A DNA stretch of 64,000 nucleotides, taken from assembly GCA_036399475.1 (NCBI GenBank), contig DASWNA010000032.1, positions 3-64,002 on the forward strand, given 5' to 3'. The stretch is from Allosphingosinicella sp. Lineage in GTDB: Bacteria > Pseudomonadota > Alphaproteobacteria > Sphingomonadales > Sphingomonadaceae. The translations under genes were made by a program, and so were the position numbers. The notes under the pieces were generated by a model. It had not been told where the DNA came from. It was given only the letters and a program-made list of their open reading frames with translations, and ran no database searches. Below are positions 20,073 through 28,928 of this stretch, in pieces; within the stretch, counting starts at the first letter, position 1; each line of letters starts with the position of its first letter.

Positions 20073-22604
20073 GTGACCGATTCGAGTGTGTCCGACAGCG
20101 GCGGCGCGGCGCTTGACGAGGCGGGTCTCCGGCTGCTGGTCGAGCAGCTTCCCGCACCCTGCTGGTTCGCCGGGCCGGACGGGGATCTGCGCTGGACCAA
20201 CTGGCGGCTCACCGAATTGGCCGGAATCGATCACGCCGCCTTGCGCACCGCCCTGAATTCCGGCCTTGCGGCCTGCCAGAGCCGTGTCTCCGCGTCCTTT
20301 GCCTTCACGCTGCCGGGCCCGCGCGGCGCACCGCGGCGCTTTCGCTGCGAGGCGCAGGTGTGGCACGATCCGTCCGGCGCGCTGATCGGCTGGCTCGGTT
20401 CGGTCAGCGAGGCGTTCAGCACGCCCGATCCCCACCAGGCCTTTCTGCTCCGCCTTGGCGACCGGATTCGCGAGGAAAGCGATGCCGAGAAGATCCTCGC
20501 CTTCGCCTCCGCAGCCGTTGGCATCGAGCTCGGCGTCGACCGGGTCGTCTACGCCAACGTCGACATGGACGAAGGCATCATGCACGTCAGCCGCGATTGG
20601 CGCTCGGACGGCACCACCGTGCCCGCCCACAACTTTCCGATGTCGGTTTACTCCAACGATTATGTGGAGCGCCATTCGGCGGGCGAGCCGATCTTTTCCT
20701 GCGACGTGTGCAACGATCCCGATGTCGACCAGGTGCTGGGCGAGCGCTTCGTGTCCGCCGGCGTTCGTGCGTTTTTGAGCATGCCGCTGGTCAAGAACGG
20801 CACCCTGCGGGCGGTCATGGCGGTGCAGCAATTCCACTCGCGGCTGTGGACCGAAACCGAGATGCGCCTCCTCGACGAGGTTGCGGACCGGACCTGGACC
20901 ACCGTTGAGCGCGCCCGGGCCCAGCAGGCGCTTGCCGAGGCTGAGCATCGCCAGCGCTTCCTGCTCACCATGAGCGACCGGCTACGCGGCGAAACGGATC
21001 CGGCGCGCATCCTGTCGCTCACCGCGCAGGCGCTTGGCCAATATCTTGACACCCGCGACGTGATCTTCCGCGAAGTAGGCGAGGGCGATTGCCAGATCGG
21101 GGTTTCGGCCGGCTGGTCGCGCGAGCCGGAGCGCCTGCGCGAGGAGCCCTGGCCGATTTCGGACGTGGGGCCGCAGATACTCGCCACCTACCGCCGCGGC
21201 GGCACCATGGTGTACCGCGATGCGCGCAGCGATCCGGGCATTTCCGACGTCTTCCGCAGGCGCTTCGAAGCCATGGAAGTCGCCTCCTGCATCACCGTGC
21301 CGGTGATCAGCGGCGAGCGGCTTTCGGCGCTTTTGTCCGTCCGCTCGGCCGAAGCCCGGCAATGGACGGAGGCGGAAATCCACCTGGTGGAGGCGGTTGC
21401 GGAGCGGAGCTGGGAAGCGCTTCAGCGCGCTCGCGCCGGCGCCGAGCTTGCCCGTTCCCGCGAAGCGCTGAACCAGGCGGAGAAATTGAGCGCGCTCGGC
21501 AGTCTGCTCGCCGGCGTCAGCCACGAACTCAACAATCCGCTGACCATCGTCACCACCCAGTCCTCGCTGCTGGAGGAGGAGACCCAGGGAACCGCTGTCG
21601 CGGCGCGGGCCGAAAAGGTGCGCCGCGCCGCCGAGCGCTGCTCGCGCATCGTTCAGACCTTTCTTGCCATGGCGCGGCAGAAGCGGCCCGAGCGCCGCTC
21701 GGTGGACGCCGCCGAAGTTGCCCGCGCAGCGATCGAGCTTACCGATTATTCGCTGCGTACCGCCGGCATCGAGGTCAGCTTCGAGGCAACGGACGGGCTA
21801 CCCACCCTGAGCGCGGATCCCGATCAGCTTCACCAGGTGCTGGTCAACCTCATCGTCAACGCCCAGCACGCCCTCCAGGACCATCAGGGGACCCGCAAAC
21901 TTGCCGTGCGCGTGTCACCGGGCGACTCCTCCGGCGAGGTGCGGATCGAGGTCTCCGACAGCGGCCCCGGCATTCCTGACGACCTCCGCCGCCGCATCTT
22001 CGAGCCGTTCTTCACCACCAAGCCGCAGGGCGTCGGCACCGGCGTAGGCCTCTGCTTCTCGCTCGGCCTTGTTGAAGCGCATGGCGGCCGCCTGGAGCTG
22101 GTCGAAGCTCCCGAAGGCGGGGCCTGCTTTCGGATTACCCTGAGCGCCGCCCCGGCCGCCGAGGAAAAGCCGCCCGAACCGGTGCCGATCAGGATCGTAA
22201 CCGCGTTGGCGGGCAGCGCGCTTGTCGTGGATGACGAGCCTGAGGTCGCCGAAGTGCTCGGCCTGTTCGCGTCGCGCGCCGGCTACCAGGTCGAGACCGC
22301 GGGCAACGGGGTGGAAGCGCTGGCCTTCCTGCGTGCCCGCGATTTCGACGTCATCCTCTCCGACCTGCGCATGCCGCAGCTCGATGGACCGGCGCTGCAT
22401 GACTGGATCGCCGCCGAGAAGCCGCATCTCCTCCGCCGCATCGGCTTCGTCACCGGCGACACGCTGGGCCAGACCGCAGCCGGCTTCATCGCCCGCACCG
22501 GCTGCCCGGTTCTCGAGAAGCCGTTCACCGGCAAGGCGGTCCGGGCGCTGCTGGAAACGCTGTCGAACGCCGAAGCGAAGTCAGCGCTTTCCGCAGCGGA
22601 CTAG
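20073..22604 (+). CDS. hybrid sensor histidine kinase (degenerate PAS, two GAF, HisKA/HATPase, receiver)
   Basis: H-box GVSHELNNPL, N box, DSGPGI, FFTTK..GTGVGL; receiver LVVDDE...SDLRMP...KPF. Confidence 0.9.
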   Translation: MTDSSVSDSGGAALDEAGLRLLVEQLPAPCWFAGPDGDLRWTNWRLTELAGIDHAALRTALNSGLAACQSRVSASFAFTLPGPRGAPRRFRCEAQVWHDPSGALIGWLGSVSEAFSTPDPHQAFLLRLGDRIREESDAEKILAFASAAVGIELGVDRVVYANVDMDEGIMHVSRDWRSDGTTVPAHNFPMSVYSNDYVERHSAGEPIFSCDVCNDPDVDQVLGERFVSAGVRAFLSMPLVKNGTLRAVMAVQQFHSRLWTETEMRLLDEVADRTWTTVERARAQQALAEAEHRQRFLLTMSDRLRGETDPARILSLTAQALGQYLDTRDVIFREVGEGDCQIGVSAGWSREPERLREEPWPISDVGPQILATYRRGGTMVYRDARSDPGISDVFRRRFEAMEVASCITVPVISGERLSALLSVRSAEARQWTEAEIHLVEAVAERSWEALQRARAGAELARSREALNQAEKLSALGSLLAGVSHELNNPLTIVTTQSSLLEEETQGTAVAARAEKVRRAAERCSRIVQTFLAMARQKRPERRSVDAAEVARAAIELTDYSLRTAGIEVSFEATDGLPTLSADPDQLHQVLVNLIVNAQHALQDHQGTRKLAVRVSPGDSSGEVRIEVSDSGPGIPDDLRRRIFEPFFTTKPQGVGTGVGLCFSLGLVEAHGGRLELVEAPEGGACFRITLSAAPAAEEKPPEPVPIRIVTALAGSALVVDDEPEVAEVLGLFASRAGYQVETAGNGVEALAFLRARDFDVILSDLRMPQLDGPALHDWIAAEKPHLLRRIGFVTGDTLGQTAAGFIARTGCPVLEKPFTGKAVRALLETLSNAEAKSALSAAD

Positions 22605-22616
22605 CGTGCCGACGAG

Positions 22617-23762
22617 TTAGCTGATCGGCGCCGCGGGTGCGGCCGGGGCGCCTGCAATTTCGATCGAATCGGCTTTACCGGGGCTGTGGCGGACGATCGC
22701 GCGGGTGCGCGTCGCGTCCTTGTCCGCACCGGAGAACCAACCGGCAATCTGCGCGTCGGATGGAACACCATCCCAGCCGGACAGAATGGCCGTGCCGCCA
22801 ATGTCGTGGTGGAGAAGCACATACCGCTTGAAACTTGGCAGGTGGACCAGCTCCAGCATGCTGCCGGAGTCGCTCAGGATAACGATCAGGCGGGTTCGGC
22901 CGTCGACTGCTTCCGGCGCGGCATCGGCCGAACGCAAAACCGGAATATGCGCGTCGCCGACGACGACTCCGTCGCTGCGGCAGAATACGGGTGGAACCCG
23001 CGGCGGCAGAACGATCGTCGTCTGGGTCCCGTCCACCTTCGCCTCAATGCCGGCACCGTCGAACGTGCCGAGAAATGCATGGGCCAGCTTTTCGCTGTTC
23101 GCAGGGTCGGCAAGCATCCGCGCGCCGCTGCTTCCTTCGTCGTTTGGGCACTGCGTGATGGAGAGCTGGCTTGCGGGATAGACGGTGGTGCCTTTGGGCA
23201 CCTGGATGCCGTCGAGAAGTGCGGCCATTGCGCTTTCCACTTCCTGCTTCCGCGCCTCCGGCCCACTGACCCGCAGCTTGACCAGCCAGTGCCCTGCCTT
23301 GAAGAAGGCAGCGCTGCTTGCTTGCCCATTCCGGTAGTTGGAATAATCCGCCCGAACGGCGCCGTTCCTCACGCCCGCCGCGTTCGCAATACGCATGTCG
23401 CCGCCGCCAACGGGGCTCGGGCTGCCTGTACGAATGGCGTTGTCGGTTGCCCAGGCGGCCAGCCCGGTGTGGGCGAGGCCCGGGTAGAAGAGATAGGCGG
23501 TCGCGTACACCTGCTCGTCCGCAGAGGCGTATTGCACGGCGGCATCCACCCCTTCGCCTTCGTGGCTGAACTCCTTTGTCCCCGAGATCGAGAGGCCGCC
23601 CGGCTTGCTCGGAAAGGCGATGCCCGCCTTCTTGAGAAGAATGGACTCGCCCGACCGGACCCACAGCTTCTTTTGCTGCGCATTGTCGGCCGAAAGGGCG
23701 GGTTTTGCCACCGCGACGGCGGGCACCATCGCGAGCGCAAGCAGGAAAGGCAGGCAGCGCAT
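22617..23762 (-). CDS. exported hypothetical protein
   Basis: 381 aa ORF with signal peptide MRCLPFLLALAMVPAVAVA. Confidence 0.7.
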   Translation of the reverse strand: MRCLPFLLALAMVPAVAVAKPALSADNAQQKKLWVRSGESILLKKAGIAFPSKPGGLSISGTKEFSHEGEGVDAAVQYASADEQVYATAYLFYPGLAHTGLAAWATDNAIRTGSPSPVGGGDMRIANAAGVRNGAVRADYSNYRNGQASSAAFFKAGHWLVKLRVSGPEARKQEVESAMAALLDGIQVPKGTTVYPASQLSITQCPNDEGSSGARMLADPANSEKLAHAFLGTFDGAGIEAKVDGTQTTIVLPPRVPPVFCRSDGVVVGDAHIPVLRSADAAPEAVDGRTRLIVILSDSGSMLELVHLPSFKRYVLLHHDIGGTAILSGWDGVPSDAQIAGWFSGADKDATRTRAIVRHSPGKADSIEIAGAPAAPAAPIS

Positions 23763-23834
23763 GGATAGAACCCTTCGACGGCAACGAAGCGCGAAGGCTA
23801 AACCGCTGCTCGCACCGAGGCAACGCCCGATGGC

Positions 23835-24677
23835 TCAGCTTCCACGGCGGGCCATGAAAGCAAGACGTTCGAACAGCATGATGTCCTGCTCATTCTTGAG
23901 CAGCGCACCGTGGAGCGGCGGGATCGCCTTGGAGGGGTCCTTCGACTGAAGCACCTCCAGCGGCATGTCTTCGTGCAGCAGCAGCTTAAGCCAGTCGAGC
24001 AGCTCGCTGGTCGATGGTTTCTTCTTGAGGCCGGGCACTTCGCGCACCTGGTAGAACATATCGAGCGCCTTCCCGACCAACATCTTCTGGATGCCCGGGA
24101 AGTGCACGTCGATGATCGCCTGCATCGTGACGCGGTCTGGGAATTTTATGTAGTGGAAGAAGCAGCGGCGGAGGAAGGCGTCGGGGAGTTCTTTCTCGTT
24201 GTTCGAGGTGATGATGACGATGGGGCGTTCGACCGCCCGAACGGTTTCGCCGGTTTCGTAGACGTGGAACTCCATCCGGTCGAGCTCCTGGAGGAGATCG
24301 TTGGGGAACTCGATGTCGGCCTTGTCGATCTCGTCGATCAGCAGCACGGGCAGCTGCGGCGCGGTGAACGCGTCCCACAGCTTGCCGCGGCGGATGTAGT
24401 TCGAAATGTCGTGAACCCGCGCGTCGCCGAGCTGGCCGTCGCGAAGCCGCGCCACCGCGTCATATTCGTAAAGGCCCTGATGCGCCTTGGTGGTCGATTT
24501 GACGTGCCACTCGATCAGCGGCGCGCCGACCGCGGCGGCGATCTCGTGGGCAAGGACGGTCTTGCCCGTGCCCGGCTCACCCTTGACCAGCAAGGGCCGG
24601 CGAAGCGTGACGGCGGCGTTGACCGCGACCTTAAGGTCATCGGTGGCGACGTAGTTCGAAGTGCCCTGAAAACGCAT
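23835..24677 (-). CDS. MoxR family AAA+ ATPase
   Basis: GEPGTGKT, LLIDEIDKAD, TSNNEKELPDAFLRRC; start ATG 24677. Confidence 0.92.
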   Translation of the reverse strand: MRFQGTSNYVATDDLKVAVNAAVTLRRPLLVKGEPGTGKTVLAHEIAAAVGAPLIEWHVKSTTKAHQGLYEYDAVARLRDGQLGDARVHDISNYIRRGKLWDAFTAPQLPVLLIDEIDKADIEFPNDLLQELDRMEFHVYETGETVRAVERPIVIITSNNEKELPDAFLRRCFFHYIKFPDRVTMQAIIDVHFPGIQKMLVGKALDMFYQVREVPGLKKKPSTSELLDWLKLLLHEDMPLEVLQSKDPSKAIPPLHGALLKNEQDIMLFERLAFMARRGS

Positions 24678-24720
24678 TGCGGCGGGATAGAGGAGGGGGA
24701 AGGGGAGGGCAAGAAGCCCC

Positions 24721-25089
24721 TCAGCGGCGCTTGCCCTTGCGCGCCGGCGGGTCGGGCGGAATCCGGGCGATGCAGCGGGCAAGCTCGGCGGCGGCGGCGT
24801 TGCTTCCCGCCTCGAACTCCGAGTCGGCCTTTGCGGCGGCGGCGCGCTGATCGGCGTCGAAGCGCGCCCCGGTCACGCCGTCCTTTCGCCCGCGCTCGGA
24901 GGCCGCCATGCCCCAAAAGATCGCCGCGCTGAAATTCACCTTGCTGAATCGAACGCCGCCTTCTTCGCGCCTCGAAGCCGCTTCGGCGAGGCCGGCGCAG
25001 CGGATCGACTCCGCATAGGGCGGAAGCTTCGGCTTGGCGGCGGCAAGGCCGGGCGCGGCGAGCAGGGCGATTGCGAGGAGCGTCTTCAT
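24721..25089 (-). CDS. exported hypothetical protein
   Basis: MKTLLAIALLAAPGLAAA signal peptide; two Cys. Confidence 0.6.
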   Translation of the reverse strand: MKTLLAIALLAAPGLAAAKPKLPPYAESIRCAGLAEAASRREEGGVRFSKVNFSAAIFWGMAASERGRKDGVTGARFDADQRAAAAKADSEFEAGSNAAAAELARCIARIPPDPPARKGKRR

Positions 25090-25169
25090 GGGGGGAGGAG
25101 ACGACGGGCAGGGGGCCTGAGTCAAGCTGAGCCGGAACCGCTTCCCCGCGCGACCCGTTCGGAGGCGCA

Positions 25170-25928
25170 ATGCGTGATCAAGCACCCATACCCGCACCGG
25201 CTCCAAGCGGCCCGCCCGCCATCGCCGCCTGGGCGGTGCACGCTTTCACCTTCTCCGGCGCGGTGATCGCGTTTTTGGCGGTGATGGCGATCGAGGCGGG
25301 CGACTATCGCCTGTGCCTGCTGTGGCTGCTGATCGGCCTTGCGGTGGACGGGGTGGACGGCACGCTGGCGCGCTGGGCGCACGTCAAGACCAGGGCGCCG
25401 CGCATCGACGGCGACACCGCCGACCTGGTGATCGACTACCTGACCTACGTGTTCGTCCCCACCATCCTGATCTGGCGCGCGGGGCTGGTGCCGGAGGGGT
25501 GGATCGTGCCGCTCGCCGCGCTGATCCAGCTTTCCTCGCTCTACCTGTTCACCCGCCGCGACATGAAGACCGACGACAATTATTTCCGCGGCTTTCCGTC
25601 GCTGTGGAACGTGGTCGCCTTTTACCTCTACGTCGGCCAGCCGGGGGAGCTGGTCGGGGCGGCGGTTGTGGTGTTCTTCACCCTGTTCACCTTCGCGCCG
25701 GTGCACTTCGTCCACCCCTTCCGGGTGACCGATTATGGCCGCTGGCCGCCGCTGCTCGCTTTATTCTGGGCGCTGACCACGGTGGCTTTGCTCTGGCCCG
25801 GGTGGAGCGAGGCGGTGGCACGGGCGCTGCTCTGGGCCTCGCTGGGCAGCGGCGCGATCATGCTGGCGATGGGCTTCCTGCGGACGCTGCGAGGGCCCCG
25901 CTCAGCCGGGGTGCGCGGCCCCGCTTAA
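25170..25928 (+). CDS. pcs: phosphatidylcholine synthase
   Basis: AWAVHAFT, DGVDGTLAR, DYLTYVFVP, MKTDDNYFRGFPSLWN. Confidence 0.88.
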   Translation: MRDQAPIPAPAPSGPPAIAAWAVHAFTFSGAVIAFLAVMAIEAGDYRLCLLWLLIGLAVDGVDGTLARWAHVKTRAPRIDGDTADLVIDYLTYVFVPTILIWRAGLVPEGWIVPLAALIQLSSLYLFTRRDMKTDDNYFRGFPSLWNVVAFYLYVGQPGELVGAAVVVFFTLFTFAPVHFVHPFRVTDYGRWPPLLALFWALTTVALLWPGWSEAVARALLWASLGSGAIMLAMGFLRTLRGPRSAGVRGPA

Positions 25929-26608
25929 GCGGCGGCGGCGACGCGGGCGCTGTGGCGGGTTTCTAGCAGCTCCCAAAGCCCGCGGTGCTGAAGCAGGATC
26001 TGCTCGGCGCCGAACAACAAAGCGCGCTGGGCGGACGGGGCGGCGGCGAGCTGCTCGGCAAGGCCCGCTATCGCGGTCTGGTCGGCGGCCTGGTAGGGCG
26101 GCGGCTCGACCCCGAAGCGGCGCGCGGCGGCGTCGAGCGCCACCCGGACATCCGCCCAGTCGAGTACCACCGCCATCGCCGCGCCGACCGCGCAGCCGCC
26201 GCGTTCCGACCGGGCGAGCATCTCGATCGCATGGCGCTGGGTGTGAACGGCCGAATCGCTGGACGCGGCGCCCGGCGTGCTCGGCACCGGGCCGGCGGCG
26301 ACGGCGAGGCGGGCGAGGTAGGCGCGCTCGCCGGCAAAGGCGTAGGTCGCCTGGGCGATCCAGGCGCGGCCGGCGGGCTCGGTGATCCGGGCGGCGGCAT
26401 GGTCGATCACGCCGGGATAGCGGCCGTGGAGGGTGCAAAGGTAGTGGACGGCGTCGGTCAACGCCCGCGCGCCCTGCTCCCCGCCGAGCGCCGCGGCACC
26501 GCGGGCCCAGCCTTGGCTTGCCGAGCCATGGGCCTCGACGCAGGCCAGCAACAGCTGCCCCGGCTGGGCCGATCCGCCTTGCGCGAGCCCGAACGATGCT
26601 GACCCCAT
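25925..26608 (-). CDS. conserved sphingomonad-type hypothetical protein (DUF6975-like)
   Basis: Real start probably ATG 26608 (MGSASFG...); LHGRYPG, AGPVPSTPG, SERGGCAVG motifs; the longer ORF-track extension runs through repeats. Confidence 0.65.
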   Translation of the reverse strand: MGSASFGLAQGGSAQPGQLLLACVEAHGSASQGWARGAAALGGEQGARALTDAVHYLCTLHGRYPGVIDHAAARITEPAGRAWIAQATYAFAGERAYLARLAVAAGPVPSTPGAASSDSAVHTQRHAIEMLARSERGGCAVGAAMAVVLDWADVRVALDAAARRFGVEPPPYQAADQTAIAGLAEQLAAAPSAQRALLFGAEQILLQHRGLWELLETRHSARVAAAA

Positions 26609-26751
26609 GTGCTTTTCCACTCCAAAGCGTGCCTTACCTGAAGCCGCTCTAAGCGCTTGACCTATATCAACCGCGTAAAAACGAGGTTTATGCGCTGTTA
26701 GCGTTGCATAAACCTCGTTGGGGCGTTCGGGAGGAGAGAAGAAGAAGAAGC

Positions 26752-26832
26752 GGGATTCCCGGTTTCGCGGGAATGACGGGTGGGGTGGGGCGGCGCTTTT
26801 ACCGTCACCCCCGCGAAAGCGGGGGTCCCGCT
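26752..26832. repeat. CGTC-tagged REP doublet (family C)
   Basis: gggattcccggtttcgcgggaatgacg and inverted cgtcacccccgcgaaagcgggggtccc; similar pair at 58486-58576. Confidence 0.8.
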
Positions 26833-26838
26833 TCTTGG

Positions 26839-27132
26839 CTACGCGGCGAGGGGGAGTTCGACCTGCGCCTCGGGCTCGGCGGCGGCGGGGGCGGGTGCCT
26901 CGACCGCTTCGGCTGCCTTGGCGCGCGGGCGGGGGAAGAGCAGGCGCGAGGCGAGGACCAGCACGCCCGCGAGGAGGTAGCCTGCGATTACCGCCTGCGG
27001 GTTCCACAGCAGCAAGGTGGCGGCGAGGACTCGCAGCCACACCGGGCTGATCCCGAAATCCTCGCCCAGCGCCTGGCAGACGCCGAGCACCGTGTCGTCG
27101 CGGAGGATGAGGTTGGCGTGGTCGTTGCTCAT
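26839..27132 (-). CDS. PspC domain membrane protein
   Basis: DDTVLGVCQALGEDFGISPVWLRV followed by TM segment. Confidence 0.8.
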   Translation of the reverse strand: MSNDHANLILRDDTVLGVCQALGEDFGISPVWLRVLAATLLLWNPQAVIAGYLLAGVLVLASRLLFPRPRAKAAEAVEAPAPAAAEPEAQVELPLAA

Positions 27133-27185
27133 GATCTTTTTGTCCCTTGGCATCGGGCTTTTCGCCCCGTTGATGCGGGGTGCTC

Positions 27186-27202
27186 AGCATAAGCCGTGCC
27201 AA
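27186..27202 (-). promoter_or_regulatory. sigma54 (-24/-12) promoter for the pspC-like gene
   Basis: Minus strand TTGGCACGGCTTATGCT with correct GG-N10-GC spacing. Confidence 0.65.
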
Positions 27203-27322
27203 TTTGGCGGAAGCGTGGTTTTGCAGGGGGTTGGGGGTGTGGGGGTGCGGGTGAGGGGTGCGGCGGGTTGGGGAGGTTCGCCAAGTGTTGGGGGAGATGC
27301 TGGTGGATTTCGCCACGGTTCT

Positions 27323-28190
27323 GCCCCTCTCCCCGCTCGCGCTGCCGCGCGAGTCGCCCTCTCCCGCAAACGGGAGAGGGAAGGGCTTGGCTGCACTTAC
27401 CTCTCTTCCCTCTGCGGGAGAGGGCGACTCGCGAAGCGAGCGGGGAGAGGGGCTCTCTCTCCGCGTCTCCGCGCCTCCGCGTGAAACAATCCCGGCTTGG
27501 TGTTGCGCTGAGGCTTGAAGAAGGGATTTCACGCGGAGGCGCCGAGACGCGGAGGAGAGGGGAGAAGAGGAGAAGAGTAGGAGAGAAGGGTGTCTCCCCG
27601 CTTGGCGCAGGCAAGCACGCGCCCACGCGTCGGCCGCCACATCGTCATGCCGGACTTGATCCGGCATCCACCTGTCCTTCTCCTCGGCCGCCGGGAAGGT
27701 GGACCCCGGATCAAGTCCGGGGTGACGGGAATGGCCGGCGCCGCGCACGCCGCGGCTAGCACCTCACGGCGCGACAGTTTATGCCGGTCAGCAACCATCG
27801 GGCGCCTCCATGAGGGCGTTTGCGGGTTCGCGCGGAGCGCCCCCCAGTTCCTCCCCATCGCAGATGGGGAGGGGAACCATCCGGAGGATGGTGGAGGGGT
27901 AACTGCTCGGCTTATTACTGGCTACCGGCCCAAGTCCCTCACCCCGCTCGCGCTGCCGCGCGAGTCGCCCTCTCCCGCGGAGGGGAGAGGGGAAGGGTAT
28001 ACCGATGCCTCGGGGGCCGTCACGGGAGTGAATCCCGTGACGTCAGACGGGTTCGCTGCGCGACCCGCTGCCGGCTTCCCGCGGAACTCTTCGCGCTGCT
28101 TCGGCGGCGGATTCTCGGCCCACCCAAGGCCCTCACCCTGCTCGCGCTGCCGCGCGAGTCGCCCTCTCCCGCGGAGGGGAGAGGGGAGGG
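27323..28190. repeat. mosaic cluster of several palindromic repeat families (E, G, B, H)
   Basis: E: ccctctccc..gggagaggg units at 27323-27452, 27936-27993, 28129-28190. G: ctccgcgtctccgcgcctccgcgtgaa pair at 27459-27554. B: cgtcatgccggacttgatccggcatcca / tggaccccggatcaagtccggggtgacg at 27642-27727. H: 27848-27899. Confidence 0.85.
27590..27798 (-). pseudogene. disrupted paralogue of the 31474-31851 'KLSRR' protein
   Basis: MVADRHKLSRREVLAA start with GGAGG RBS; interrupted by the family B REP doublet, after which DAWARA (compare PAWEKA) is in another frame. Confidence 0.5.
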
Positions 28191-28287
28191 GGAGCGTAGG
28201 ACTTTGTTCGAGTCGAATAGGACAATTGGGCGCTTTTCCTGTTGCACGTCAGAAGCTTACGCGCCCGGGCAGAAAACACTTTCCTAC

Positions 28288-28316
28288 ATTGTACTCCTTA
28301 TGTTCTACTTGTGCAA
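28288..28316 (-). promoter_or_regulatory. leftward promoter TTGCAC-N17-TACAAT with LexA-like box GTAC-N7-GTTC (28291-28305)
   Basis: Plus strand attGTACtccttatGTTCtacttgtgcaa, 35 bp upstream of the divergent terS-like start. Confidence 0.55.
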
Positions 28317-28340
28317 GTGGGCAAAGGTGGAGTGGAACGG

Positions 28341-28928
28341 ATGGGCAAGGGATCGGGCAGGGGCCGGGGTGCGGGGCCGCGGGGGAGTATCGTTCGGCGC
28401 GATGGGAGCGGGCGGGCGAAGGTGGTGAAGACGGGGGGCTATCAATGGTCGGACGAGGCGGAGGCGTTGTTCTTCGATCATCTGGCGGCGACGTGCAACG
28501 TGCGGTCCTCCGCGGCGGCGGTGGGGTTCACTACCTTCACGGTGTACCGGCAGCGGCGGATGCGGCCGGACTTTGCCGCCACGTGGAAGGCGGCGCTCGA
28601 GCAAGGCTATGCGCGACTGGAAATGGCGTTGCTGGAGGCGGCGAACGACAGTTTGGAAGGGGTGGAGTTCGACGCGGAGCGGCCGATCCCGCGGATGAAC
28701 GTGGAGCAGGCGCTGAACGTGCTTCGCGCGCACCGCAACGAGGTGCGCGGCGACGGCGCGCGCGGGCCGGGGCGGTGGGGGCGGCCGCCCAGGCTGGAGG
28801 ACGTGCAGGCGAGCATTGCTATGAAGGTGCGGGCGATCATTGCGGCTCGGCAGCCGGGTGGGGCGGCGGGGGCCGATCGGGGCGGTGACGCGGCGGCGGG
28901 CGGCGCGGACGAGGGGGGCGCGGCGTGA
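28341..28928 (+). CDS. terminase small subunit-like HTH protein
   Basis: LAATCNVRSSAAAVGF...VYRQRR..PDFAATWKAALEQGYARLE; stop overlaps the terL start (GTGA). Confidence 0.6.
   Translation: MGKGSGRGRGAGPRGSIVRRDGSGRAKVVKTGGYQWSDEAEALFFDHLAATCNVRSSAAAVGFTTFTVYRQRRMRPDFAATWKAALEQGYARLEMALLEAANDSLEGVEFDAERPIPRMNVEQALNVLRAHRNEVRGDGARGPGRWGRPPRLEDVQASIAMKVRAIIAARQPGGAAGADRGGDAAAGGADEGGAA

Noticed and set aside
25925-27748. 607-aa ORF and other long ORFs across 26.6-28.3 kb
   Set aside because: These are read-through of GC-rich palindromic repeats; only 25925-26608 and the pspC-like gene look like real genes.
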